A program made the translations under genes and the position numbers. Positions 35,101 through 45,120 of a stretch of DNA of 64,000 nucleotides are shown here, one piece after another (position 1 is the stretch's first letter; each line of letters begins with the position of its first letter). The DNA comes from Macrostomum lignano (Eukaryota), in contig NIVC01003893.1 of assembly GCA_002269645.1 (NCBI GenBank), positions 7,152 through 71,151 on the forward strand. The letters are read 5' to 3'. The notes under the pieces were generated by a model, which made no database searches, was not told the DNA's origin, and was given only the letters and a program-made list of their open reading frames with translations.

Positions 35101-37883
35101 AATCACGAACTTAAGTTTCACCGTCATTTAATTTTGCAAGTATTTTCATAATTACTTTTTAGATCAGTTTCAAACAAAATGCCCTATGAAACTGAAGCAA
35201 GATTTGGCAGTGACGTATTCCTTCTCTCCCTGATCTCCCTAACCAGTCCATATTTCTTTGCATTTGAAGGATTTCCCATTCAATCAGTAGATTTTATTCA
35301 GATTTCATTTCCGTAACAAAGCTTTTTTCAGGGGTGAAATGCTATAATTAGAAATTATAATTCGGCCATAATTATAAAAAAATTTCCACCTGGCGTTCGT
35401 ATACTTGAACGCTGCTAGGAAGTCACGCCATACGGAGCTAGCTAGTTCCATCGCGTAGGTACAACATGAACTTTGGAGAATAGGAAAAAGGGATTGAAAC
35501 CTTATTGGCAGGAGTAGCAAAACTCACAGAAAAGTAGCAAAGGATTTCATAAAGCTACCTGACTGTGATTCTATTATTATTAGACAACTAACGTCAGTCT
35601 TCATCTGACGCATACTAACTTAACCAAATATAATTGAAAACTGTTAATACAGCAATTAAATCTACCAATCTTATCTGTAATTAAAATATCACTTAATCAA
35701 CAAATTCAATTATGTAAACTGATCAACCAATTAACAAAAAATAAAGAAATTACTTCAATTAAAAAATCAATTTGCTTACTTGTACATCAAACGAAGGAAA
35801 TCAATCGATCAATAAATCTAATTAAATAATTAATCAAGCAGTTGATCAGTCTAACAAATATGCAATTAAACTATTCTATATATCTATTCAGCAAGTAACG
35901 CAAAATTAGTCGATCAAATAAATTAATGAAATAGTCAATCAATCAGTTCATCAATCAACAATCAACCAATCAATTTCCTAGTTACAGTCAGGGGCTGTGT
36001 TTACCCTGGATCACTTTAAGCGGAATTGTCACACAGCCGGCGAGAGGCATTATACTGCCCTTTCCACCGACTCCCGTGAGCAGGCACACACTCACAGGAG
36101 TGTACAGAGGCCCAAAATTTATTGATCGTTAGGCATGTACACTTCACTGTGCCTTGGGGCTTAGCCCTTAAGTGCGTTAATTGCACGAGCAGAGCCAAGC
36201 CGAGATTCCAATTTAGCCCCAAATTAATGCCCCCCCTCCTCACCACATCGAACAGCCTGGCATCCAGCGGCATCAACGACGCGCCCTCCCGATTCATCCA
36301 ATTGTTAGTCAGCAGGGCGGTTCGAAAGCCGCTGCTACGGCAGGCCCGCACAGCGTCCAGCATCTCCGGCAGAGGCTCGGCCAGGTCCATGGCCTCCAGC
36401 ATGCCGGCGGCGTCGATTGGCCGACCGGCGCGGTTGGCGATTTCCCGGGAGAAAGCGACAGAAAATTCTTCTAGTGGCAATTGGCCGGTTTCCAATCTGT
36501 GCCAGGCGCCGCTGTCCCCGCCGCTGAGGATCGTCTGGCGGTCCAGTGCCGGGTGGGTGGACAGGTTGGTGGACAGGTAGATGGATAGGTAGATAACAGA
36601 TGGTCAGGTAAGCAACCGGGTGGATGGACTAGCAGATGGACTAGTATATATAATTTAAGGGTTTTCATTGGGTCCTTTGAAACTTCACAATAGCAATCCG
36701 GCCCGCTCAAGGTTTGTGTCTCTTCTCTTCCCTTTCCTCCCCTATTCTCTCCTCTCCCTCATTTTTCCCTCTCCATTTTCTCTCACCTGGCCCGCAGCCA
36801 TAAGCTGGATTCTTTATCTGGCCCTGTGAGGTAAAAAAGTTTGCCGACCCCTGCATTAGGTGGACAAGGCATGCGTGGGTGGTTGGACATGATATCACTT
36901 GACAAGCATGGACAGGTCAGGCTCATGACACGACAAGTCAGATGAAAAATATACAGGTAGATGGGTAATAGATTTTGCAGACATGCAATCAATCAAATAA
37001 CCAATCAATCAGTCAATTAATAAATCAATTATTCATTCAATAAGTCAATAAATCAATCTGGTAGTGCTACACGCTTGGCGATGAGTAGGCTCAATCCAGT
37101 CAATCAATCAATTAGTCAGTCAGCTACTCAATCAACCAAATCAACCAAAGAACCAATCAATCAAGCAAGCAATCAATCAAGCAATCAATCAATCAAGGAA
37201 GCAAGCAATCAACCAGTCAATCAACTAGTCAATTAATCAATCAAGCAATCAATCAACAATATATCAAGCAATCAACCACCAATAAATCAATCAATCACCA
37301 ATCAATCAATCAAGGAAGCAAGCAATCAACCAGTCAATCAATCAAGCAATCAACCACCAATTTATCAATCACCAATCAATTAATCAGTCAATAAAATACT
37401 CAATCAACCAGTCAATCAATCAATCAATCAAGCAATCAACCACCAATTTATCAATCACCAATCAATTAATCAGTCAATAAAATACTCAATCAACCAGTCA
37501 ATCAATCAAGCAATCAACCACCAATCAATCAATCACCAATCAATTAATCAGTCAATCAATTACTCAATCAACCAAAGAACCAATCAATCAGTCAATAAAT
37601 CAATCAATCCCTTAGCCCTCACCCGCAGTAGCTCGCCCTCAGCCAATCGATTTCGGCTTTCGAATTCGCGGAACACCACGGCCGGTCCCGGGATGAGGAC
37701 GCCGCCCATGTCGAATACGACGGCTTTGTAGGCGCCGTTACCGCCGGCCCCGGCGCCGCCGCTGCTGGCCAAGCAGCGCGCCAGATTGGCGCCACTGCCA
37801 ACACTGCCGTGCATCAGGAGAGGCGCCGCAGCGACTCGCTTCAACAACAGCGCCGCCGATTTTGGCGACGAATATCGAAGCAT
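11445..37883 (-). CDS. ACAD10: Acyl-CoA dehydrogenase family member 10 (HAD + APH/kinase + ACAD), 9 exons, 1061 aa
   Basis: Exons (minus): 37883-37623, 36534-36244, 31960-31802, 30944-30450, 29626-29342, 25517-25246, 24485-23987, 21994-21640, 12013-11445. All introns are GT-AG with consistent phases; total 3186 nt. Motifs: [69 protein letters not shown]. Confidence 0.95.
12031..13025. repeat. Two adjacent minisatellites (21-bp AATTGGGGTGGAGTGAAGGAT; about 23-bp GGATAGAATACAGGTAGAAGGGC)
   Basis: Tandem arrays at the 3' end of ACAD10 intron 8. Confidence 0.95.
14299..15789 (+). CDS. Intronless divergent ankyrin-like / SOCS-box protein (ASB-like), nested antisense in ACAD10 intron 8
   Basis: 496-aa GC-rich non-repetitive ORF. 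Ankyrin-like [26 protein letters not shown]; C-terminal SOCS-box-like [19 protein letters not shown]...FPAEVVAFL. Confidence 0.75.
   Translation: MSQTGCLVRSKRASTKSNNSTASTVSSGTGAAGGAACLFGACFGAGAGAGSGAAGRANPVNADAIEKLTERLAYHIQLGNTRSVERILRKLRAVPPSKVVVSVKRRHLSPNFLAWTNRSQDPFLHFHQECSPVVWAVDNQQWQMLPILAKYGHDPNRPLQCKRWNFSPASSNRSAMVPYKKFWTKGRYTYQSALDYYFGSIYEFLGEEMQRMSSSAVGYSSPSTFYYFFQQLPQLLLRGIDVHRIDSIILFNSLGYSLNWYLTKYTNENNTVPDIPEQNDSCAEIFTVRSLIKAGFSEFECLEFLSSSHNWFGILICLLCHPRLDQYGSNIQLPPIIQEAALLLINFLSLSSSHPTSEEISESLENLSLRKLYAKRYSQRRQEFKDNLETLQRACSDFNKRPMSLRLQARNAVRRNIGGVDFGAKLRRLAQTFPAEVVAFLSYVDMDSLHLLHPPRVLLKLAKRENPFSTEDAAEASSSDGESAGSTSHEGEVSVV
16765..17076 (-). mobile_element. tRNA-derived SINE with CORE-like central domain
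   Basis: Minus strand: GGGAGGTTGTAGCCTAGAGG (A box) ... GGTTCGATTCC (B box), followed by CCCTTGAGCAAGACAC...CTGTAAAATGGG resembling the MIR/CORE consensus; AT-rich tail. Confidence 0.75.
17122..17455. repeat. 24-bp minisatellite (TGGCGCCATCTCAAGCATTGATTG)n
   Basis: About 13 tandem units. Confidence 0.95.
17460..19378 (-). mobile_element. 5'-truncated non-LTR retrotransposon (RT C-half + RNase H + CCHC; I/Loa/R1-like group)
   Basis: ORF motifs [40 protein letters not shown]. (GTAA)n tail. 14-bp TSD TCTCAAGCACACAA at 17446-17459 and 19379-19392. Confidence 0.93.
17553..19378 (-). CDS. LINE ORF2 fragment: reverse transcriptase - RNase H - zinc knuckle
   Basis: Uninterrupted reading frame of about 608 codons; its N-terminus is lost at the truncation point. 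Confidence 0.85.
19770..20290. repeat. About 16-bp minisatellite (CTCAAAACTACATCAG)n
   Basis: Degenerate tandem array. Confidence 0.9.
20860..21525. repeat. 14-15-bp minisatellite (GTGTCAGTCAAA + TA/AA/GTA)n
   Basis: Tandem array just inside intron 8 near the donor. Confidence 0.95.
21640..21994 (-). CDS. ACAD10: ACAD10 exon 8 (ACAD middle domain)
   Basis: [14 protein letters not shown]...[16 protein letters not shown]...GHKWWISGA; donor G|GTGAGT. Confidence 0.95.
21998..23935. repeat. 30-35-bp G-rich minisatellite (GGGTGTTGGATTGGGGATTTCGGGTAAACTGACA)n filling ACAD10 intron 7
   Basis: About 1.9-kb tandem array abutting the exon 8 acceptor. Confidence 0.97.
23987..24485 (-). CDS. ACAD10: ACAD10 exon 7 (ACAD N-terminal domain)
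   Basis: RALDGQSS...[12 protein letters not shown]...[12 protein letters not shown]. Confidence 0.95.
24530..25241. repeat. About 37-bp minisatellite (CCCCCTAGCAACTGAGGATCCGGGAGGGTCTGCAAAT)n filling intron 6
   Basis: Tandem array beginning at the donor site. Confidence 0.95.
25246..25517 (-). CDS. ACAD10: ACAD10 exon 6 (kinase-like domain C-part)
   Basis: [15 protein letters not shown]...[11 protein letters not shown]. Confidence 0.95.
25545..26980. repeat. 16-bp minisatellite (GCTACTGTTCCAGAGT)n
   Basis: About 1.4-kb array with variant units. Confidence 0.95.
27830..28345. repeat. Purine-rich (GGGGCGGAGAGAGA)n low-complexity repeat
   Basis: Tandem GA/GC-rich units. Confidence 0.9.
28790..29250. 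repeat. 19-bp minisatellite (TTCTAGGAAACAGCCATTA)n
   Basis: Tandem array. Confidence 0.92.
29342..29626 (-). CDS. ACAD10: ACAD10 exon 5 (APH/kinase domain, HGDFRLDN)
   Basis: Catalytic-loop motif; clean splice sites. Confidence 0.95.
29680..30350. repeat. 20-bp minisatellite (GATCGATTCTAAGAAAGTAA)n
   Basis: Tandem array in intron 4. Confidence 0.9.
30450..30944 (-). CDS. ACAD10: ACAD10 exon 4 (APH/kinase N-lobe, HGQSNPTY)
   Basis: [23 protein letters not shown]...TPFYVMEY. Confidence 0.95.
30970..31545. repeat. (GACA)n microsatellite
   Basis: Long GACA/GGCA run. Confidence 0.98.
31802..31960 (-). CDS. ACAD10: ACAD10 exon 3 (HAD domain C-part)
   Basis: [17 protein letters not shown]...[12 protein letters not shown]. 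Confidence 0.95.
32815..33500. repeat. 52-53-bp minisatellite
   Basis: Unit CCGCCTGTCTTCTATCTCACTGTTCTATCCCTGATTGTGTCTATCCCTCTCC. Confidence 0.95.
33770..34205. repeat. 26-bp minisatellite (GTGATAAGAGGGCAAGGCGGGTGCTG)n
   Basis: Tandem array. Confidence 0.93.
34600..35100. repeat. About 16-bp minisatellite (AAATTACACAAATCCC)n
   Basis: Degenerate tandem array. Confidence 0.88.
36244..36534 (-). CDS. ACAD10: ACAD10 exon 2 (HAD domain)
   Basis: [17 protein letters not shown]...RTALLTNNW...LFDV. Confidence 0.93.
36970..37612. repeat. Degenerate (TCAA)n microsatellite
   Basis: TCAA/CCAA-rich run in intron 1. Confidence 0.9.
37623..37883 (-). CDS. ACAD10: ACAD10 exon 1 (presequence + HAD motif I)
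   Basis: [16 protein letters not shown]...[12 protein letters not shown]; donor GTGAGG. Confidence 0.93.
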
Positions 37884-38791
37884 TTTCTTGTTTCAATGTT
37901 TATCGCTGTTTTACGGTATGTTTCTATGATTTTTTAATTTTTCGCAATGGTTCACAGCTCCTACCATGCATAAATTTAGTTTCAGATTCAGAATTCAGAA
38001 ATAGATTTCTTTCAGCATTTTGCTTAAATTATAGTGAAAATCACGTTCATTTGTGAAGCGCTTGATGCATAAATCTTCAACTATAGGACTGCTATTGTTG
38101 TTCCGAAATCTCAAAACCAGAGGAGGCCTGTGTAGCCTTTAAACATCTAACACCAAGGATCTCACATTTGAGAGCGGTTTTCCTAAGGTTTGACGTTCTA
38201 AACTAAATCCACAATTCCGTGACAAACAATCAGCTTTGGCGGATCAGGATTATCTAATTTTTACAATCGACGTCATGTTGAATTAATCGATTGGATTCTA
38301 ACGCTAAGAATTCGGATTTATTTATGGTAGACTTTGAAAAACAAATCCATTACACCCTACTGCTATCGCCGAAATAAGTAGGCTAGTCAGGACAATTCAA
38401 TTTCTTAAAATCTCACCCAGTGGGACCATAAAAATTTGGCCGCTGATAAGATTTACATGATAAAACATTCACTGAAACCTAGTTAATAACTGAGTAATAA
38501 GAAGCACTAAAGATAAGGCGCGCCTTTGAACTTATTTTCTATTTATTGTATATCCGAAAGTCCATTGACTATTGTAATTCACAAAATTCAGTTACACAGG
38601 CTAAACAGTTAAAATGAAAACAACGCTGCTAATAATTCGAACTGAATTGAATTAGCTCGTAAAATAAAACAAAACAATGACGCTTGCAATTAAAACAAAA
38701 CGTGAGTATATATGTATTTATCCAGTTCTAACACTATTACAGTTAAATTCAATACTTTACAAGCAATTTTCATTGGTTGCAAAAATTTTTT

Positions 38792-39043
38792 TTAAAAGTC
38801 CTGCTCGCTCCTGGCCTGCACTTCTTTCCAATAGTTGCCTCTATGCCGCAGAAATTGCGCAATCACAATCACGTGACCAATGCCTACGACTAGGACGAAC
38901 AGATAGATTCTAAATTTCCTTCGAGCATGCAGCCAAGCCGGCTTGTACACCGACTCGTAGTCAATGGAAGCTGGCACCGATTCCGTATTGGGGTATTTCT
39001 TAGCCAGAATTAGGATTCGCTTCTGCCATTCCGTAGGTTTCAT
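38792..39043 (-). CDS. FAM162A: FAM162 family (DUF1075/HGTD-P-like) small mitochondrial membrane protein
   Basis: KPTEWQKRILILAKKY...VPASIDYE resembles FAM162 KPTDWQKKILIW...IPETVSLE, followed by a TM helix. An acceptor (CTCAG|) lies at 39073, so an upstream exon may exist. Confidence 0.8.
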   Translation of the reverse strand: MKPTEWQKRILILAKKYPNTESVPASIDYESVYKPAWLHARRKFRIYLFVLVVGIGHVIVIAQFLRHRGNYWKEVQARSEQDF

Positions 39044-39129
39044 TGCAATGCCTGTGCCGGTGTTGCTTGCACCTGAGCCCGGGGATACAAGTGGAGGGTT
39101 TGAGAAGTATAGCTTTTTTTTATAAATGA

Positions 39130-39480
39130 AGAGGGTAGTGGTACCTAGTGAAAGGAATGGAGAGGGTGTAGCAGGACTCCATCTAAAAAATGGAGAGGGA
39201 ATAGTAGGACTCCATCAAAGGAATGGGGAGGGTGTAGCAGGACTCCATCAAAGGAATAGAGAGGGTGTAGTGGGGCTCCATCAAAGGAATGGGGAGGGTG
39301 TAGCAGGACTCCATCAAAGGAATAGAGAGGGTGTAGTGGGGCTCCATCAAAGGAATGGGGAGGGTGTAGTGGGACTCCATCAAAGGAATGGGGAGGGTGT
39401 AGTGGGACTCCATCAAAGGAATGGGGTGTAGCAGGACTCAATCAAAGGAATAGAGAGGGTGTATCAGGACTCCATCAAAA
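39130..39480. repeat. 33-bp minisatellite
   Basis: Unit GAGGGTGTAGTGGGACTCCATCAAAGGAATGGG. Confidence 0.93.
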
Positions 39481-39779
39481 GAGGTCAATTATATAAGTAA
39501 ATTGGTTTTACTTACTTTTAGATGACTGGCAAAGATGAGCGATGCTCAAATTGGACCAAGGTAAAAGTTTGTATCGATGACAATGCACTGAGAAAGACTT
39601 GAAAGCAAAACCATTCAATGCTGACATTGTCTGTATAACACTAGAAAGTCTAGATTTAATTTGGGCATGCATTCAAAATAATAAAATATGCTTATACAAC
39701 ATACTTGCTATATTTATAAAAGATAAAGTAAAAACAAAATATATTAGACAATATATAAGCCATAAACTTAACTTGACCT

Positions 39780-40100
39780 ATAAACCAAGGATTACTGCAC
39801 TTGATAAGCCAAGGATTACTGCACTTGATAAGCCAATGATTACTGCACTTGATAAACCAAGGATTACTGCACTTGATAAACCAAGGATTACTGCACTTGA
39901 TAAACCAAGGATTACTGCACTTGATAAACCAAGGATTACTGCACTTGATAAACCAAGGATTACTGCACTTGATAAACCAAGGATTACTGCACTTGATAAA
40001 CCAAGGATTACTGCACTTGATAAACCAAGGATTACTGCACTTGATAAACCAAGGATTACTGCACTTGATAAACCAAGGATTACTGCACTTGATAAGCTAC
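39780..40100. repeat. 24-bp minisatellite (AAACCAAGGATTACTGCACTTGAT)n
   Basis: About 13 near-perfect units. Confidence 0.95.
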
Positions 40101-40689
40101 GGATTATGCTACTAGCCTAGAAATGGACTAATGCACTACTGAGACATCGATTTTTCACTTGATGAGTAAAGGAATTTTGCACTAGATGAGGAAATGATTA
40201 TTGCACTAGGTACTTGCTGTCTGGTAGATTTTTGCTATTTGGGGGATGCTTGCTATCTGGAAGATGCTTGCTATCTAGGGGATGCTTGCTATCTGAGGGT
40301 GCTTGCTGTCTTGGGGATGTTTTCAATTTAGGGGAATGTCTGTTATCTTTGTGAAAACTATATCTTGTTGTCTTTCTGTTAATTTTAGAAAAAATGAAAG
40401 AGATTCATTGCAAACATCTTTGTCTGTGACAATTTTACTCGAATAAGATGATTTATAAAACTGAAGAAGGAATTGGTTTTTAACTTAAACAAAAACTTTT
40501 TAATAGTTAGTAGGATAGAGGTAAACATAAAATGGAGTACAATCGTGTAAAATTAGGATTTGAGGCAAGCATTTGATATTGTTGGCTGGGTGCCGCGCAG
40601 AATGTCTGTCTGACTCTAAAACATGTATTGGAAAACTCTGGCCTCTGCCTTTGACTTTCCCTACGTCCCTTGGATCCTTTGAAACTTAT

Positions 40690-41064
40690 ATCTTCTCTTC
40701 TGTTTCCTCTCTTCTCTCTCGTCCCTCGTCTTTCCTCTCTTTTCTCTCTCCTCTCGTATCTTCCTTCTCCCCTCTATTCTTTTCTCTATCCTCTCTTCTC
40801 TCTCGTCTCTCCTTTCTCCTCTTTTATCTCTTCTCATTTCTCTCTGCTCTCTACTCTCTCTTCTCTCTCCCTCTTCTTATTCCTCACTCTCCCCTCTCTC
40901 AACACTTCCCTCTTCTCTCAACTCTCTCCTTTCCACTCTTTACTCTCTCTCCTCTTATCTCGTCTCTTCTCTCCTCTCTCCCCTCTTCTCTCGTCTCTCT
41001 CTTTGCTATCTCATCTCCTTTCTCTTCTTTATCTTTTCTCTCTTGTCTCTTCTCATTTCTCTCT

Positions 41065-41141
<77 letters not shown>

Positions 41142-41710
41142 TCTCCTCTCCCATCTTTCTTCTCCCCTCTACTCTCCCCTTCACCTCTCCATTCTCCCCT
41201 TTCCTCTCCTCTCTCCTCACTCACTTCTCTCTCCCTGTGTCTCTCCTATCTCCTCTCGTCTCTTTAATCTCTTCTCTCTTATCTCTCCTCTCCCATCTCT
41301 CGTCTGTTCACTTTCGTCTCTGCTCTCTCATCCCCCTCTTTTATTTGTCATCTTTAGTGTCATCTTATTTGTTCTCTCACCTCTCTCCTCTGTACTCTTT
41401 TCTTTCCCCTTTTTTGACTCCTCGCATTCCTTTCTCCTTTCTTCTCTTCTCTTCTCTTCCTTCTTCTATACTACCTCCCTCTCTTGTCTCCTCTCTTCTC
41501 TCTCCACTCTCCTCTCTCCTCCTTTATCTCTTATCTCTCATTTCTTATCTCTCCTTACACCTCTCTTATCTCTACAATCTTATCTCTTCTCTCTTTCCTT
41601 TACTCTCTCATCTCTCCTTTCATCTCTTTCCTCTCGCCTGTCTCCTGTCTCCTCTCATCTGCAGCTTTCTGCTCTCTCATCTCTACTTTCTTCTCTCTCC
41701 TCTTAACTCA
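40690..41710. repeat. CT-rich low-complexity region with (CT)n core
   Basis: Polypyrimidine tract of about 1 kb. Confidence 0.92.
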
Positions 41711-44700
41711 ATTTTACTTGAGTTACTCTCATCGTTGTTCTCATGCTTTGATCATGTCATCTTTCTTGCCAATTTGCAGTCCTGAAAGGAATTTGTGTAT
41801 CCTCAGCTCCACTACAGTCTGCATCAGTCTAACAACCAAGGAAATACGCATTTCTTAGGAGGCCATTTAAATTTAAAAGTACCTTTAAGAGAAACTTAAA
41901 ATTTTCATGGTGTGACTAATTTAGTAGGGTTGAATTGCATTGCATCGCCTTCTCATAAATCTTTCGCTTTTACAAACCATGCTGGATTACCTGATTTGCC
42001 ATCCACTGTTAAACTGCTGCAGAGTTTGCCTATACAGAGGACAGTGGTTAGAATTTCTCACTAAAGTTATGGATGGATAAACGTAGCCTCTCCATGGGGG
42101 AGCAGAGAAGGCCATAAACAAAGTGAGTGAGTGGCACAAAACAATAGAAAAAGCAGACAAACTTCACATGCTTACAGTTTCTGTTCTGATTGAGTTACAG
42201 AGTTACAGAGTTCCTCCTGAGTTACAGGAGGATTTTTCATTTTGAGTTTGAGACTTTATATTTAGAGAGTTAATAAGTTAAAGAAGAATTGTGTCAAGTT
42301 TCAAGTCAATGGCAGGCAGGTGGAGGTTGGGTGGCTGTCTTGCTGACAAAAAGCAGACTAACTTGAAAAAGGGCACAGCACCATTTGGGATTGACTTTGA
42401 GCCTCGATTGTGTCAAAATAGTTGAAGATTGGTTGTGTTGAATTTGAACAGGATTGGTAGAAGTAGAGTGGCACTATGGAGGATTTAGTGAAAAAATTGT
42501 GCATTTTGAGCAGTTTTTTGCACTTTTAGGTAGGAAGACTCAAATTTAGGAAATGTAAAGGTAGCCTAAGACATTTTCCATAGTGAGTTTAGGATGGGTG
42601 CAAAATTTGGTGTAATTTGGTTGAGTGGTTTGGGAGTCAGCGATAAAAATTGTACACACACAGATAGACAATTTTGATTTTTATATGTAGAGATATATAT
42701 ATTATCATTTACATATAAAATAGTAAAATGTATATTGTATATTCTTAGTAATCTGTGCCCCTTGTTAAAAGTTTTTTAGATCTCCATCTAGCACCAATAA
42801 GCAAATAAAGACACCAAAATGCTATTACCAAAAAGTAAGCAAAAAATCTAGCAATCTAACAATATCATATTATATATAAAGATAAACTCTATAGATTTAA
42901 AACCAAAAAAATTGTCAAAAACATATTATTGATAAGAATTTGCAGTTGTATTTTTATATTCCTAGACAAAATCTTATCTTTCCTTGACTTTATTCTATAA
43001 ATATAATTTCTTATTTATGCAAACTTTCAGTTTCATATTAGTAAGTTAAGTTACTTTATCTTTCTTTTTACATAATTGTTTTTGGCAATTAATAGGCCTA
43101 AGGAATTAAAATAAGGAAAGAAAATGGTATCAATAACTTCTGAATCTATATAACTAAAATAGGAAGTTAAACCTTTGCTTTTCTTATTTTTCCTAAAAAA
43201 TCAATTTTGTTTATTGAACTGGCCTAAATTTTAATATTTCTACTGAAACTTAAATTTTCTTTATATAAAAAGGAAGATAAAGTAACTTAGGAATATTGTA
43301 TTATAAAGATATCTCCACTCTCCTCTCTCCTCCTTTATCTCTTATCTCTCATTTCTTATCTCTCCTTACACCTCTCTTATCTCTACAATCTTATCTCTTC
43401 TCTCTTTCCTTTACTCTCTCATCTCTCCTTTCATCTCTTTCCTCTCGCCTGTCTCCTGTCTCCTCTCATCTGCAGCTTTCTGCTCTCTCATCTCTACTTT
43501 CTTCTCTCTCCTCTTAACTCAATTTTACTTGAGTTACTCTCATCGTTGTTCTCATGCTTTGATCATGTCATCTTTCTTGCCAATTTGCAGTCCTGAAAGG
43601 AATTTGTGTATCCTCAGCTCCACTACAGTCTGCATCAGTCTAACAACCAAGGAAATACGCATTTCTTAGGAGGCCATTTAAATTTAAAAGTACCTTTAAG
43701 AGAAACTTAAAATTTTCATGGTGTGACTAATTTAGTAGGGTTGAATTGCATTGCATCGCCTTCTCATAAATCTTTCGCTTTTACAAACCATGCTGGATTA
43801 CCTGATTTGCCATCCACTGTTAAACTGCTGCAGAGTTTGCCTATACAGAGGACAGTGGTTAGAATTTCTCACTAAAGTTATGGATGGATAAACGTAGCCT
43901 CTCCATGGGGGAGCAGAGAAGGCCATAAACAAAGTGAGTGAGTGGCACAAAACAATAGAAAAAGCAGACAAACTTCACATGCTTACAGTTTTTGTTCTGA
44001 TTGAGTTACAGAGTTACAGAGTTCCTCCTGAGTTACAGGAGGATTTTTCATTTTGAGTTTGAGACTTTATATTTAGAGAGTTAATAAGTTAAAGAAGAAT
44101 TGTGTCAAGTTTCAAGTCAATGGCAGGCAGGTGGAGGTTGGGTGGCTGTCTTGCTGACAAAAAGCAGACTAACTTGAAAAAGGGCACAGCACCATTTGGG
44201 ATTGACTTTGAGCCTCGATTGTGTCAAAATAGTTGAAGATTGGTTGTGTTGAATTTGAACAGGATTGGTAGAAGTAGAGTGGCACTATGGAGGATTTAGT
44301 GAAAAAATTGTGCATTTTGAGCAGTTTTTTGCACTTTTAGGTAGGAAGACTCAAATTTAGGAAATGTAAAGGTAGCCTAAGACATTTTCCATAGTGAGTT
44401 TAGGATGGGTGCAAAATTTGGTGTAATTTGGTTGAGTGGTTTGGGAGTCAGCGATAAAAATTGTACACACACAGATAGACAATTTTGATTTTTATATGTA
44501 GAGATATATATATTATCATTTACATATAAAATAGTAAAATGTATATTGTATATTCTTAGTAATCTGTGCCCCTTGTTAAAAGTTTTTTAGATCTCCATCT
44601 AGCACCAATAAGCAAATAAAGACACCAAAATGCTATTACCAAAAAGTAAGCAAAAAATCTAGCAATCTAACAATATCATATTATATATAAAGATAAACTC

Positions 44701-45120
44701 TATAGATTTAAAACCAAAAAAATTGTCAAAAACATATTATTGATAAGAATTTGCAGTTGTATTTTTATATTCCTAGACAAAATCTTATCTTTCCTTGACT
44801 TTATTCTATAAATATAATTTCTTATTTATGCAAACTTTCAGTTTCATATTAGTAAGTTAAGTTACTTTATCTTTCTTTTTACATAATTGTTTTTGGCAAT
44901 TAATAGGCCTAAGGAATTAAAATAAGGAAAGAAAATGGTATCAATAACTTCTGAATCTATATAACTAAAATAGGAAGTTAAACCTTTGCTTTTCTTATTT
45001 TTCCTAAAAAATCAATTTTGTTTATTGAACTGGCCTAAATTTTAATATTTCTACTGAAACTTAAATTTTCTTTATATAAAAAGGAAGATAAAGTAACTTA
45101 GGAATATTGTATTATAAAGA
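41501..45120 (+). repeat. Direct tandem duplication, 2 x 1809 bp
   Basis: 41501-43309 repeated at 43312-45120 (offset 1811), separated by TA. I noticed only one substitution (42181 C / 43992 T). Confidence 0.95.
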
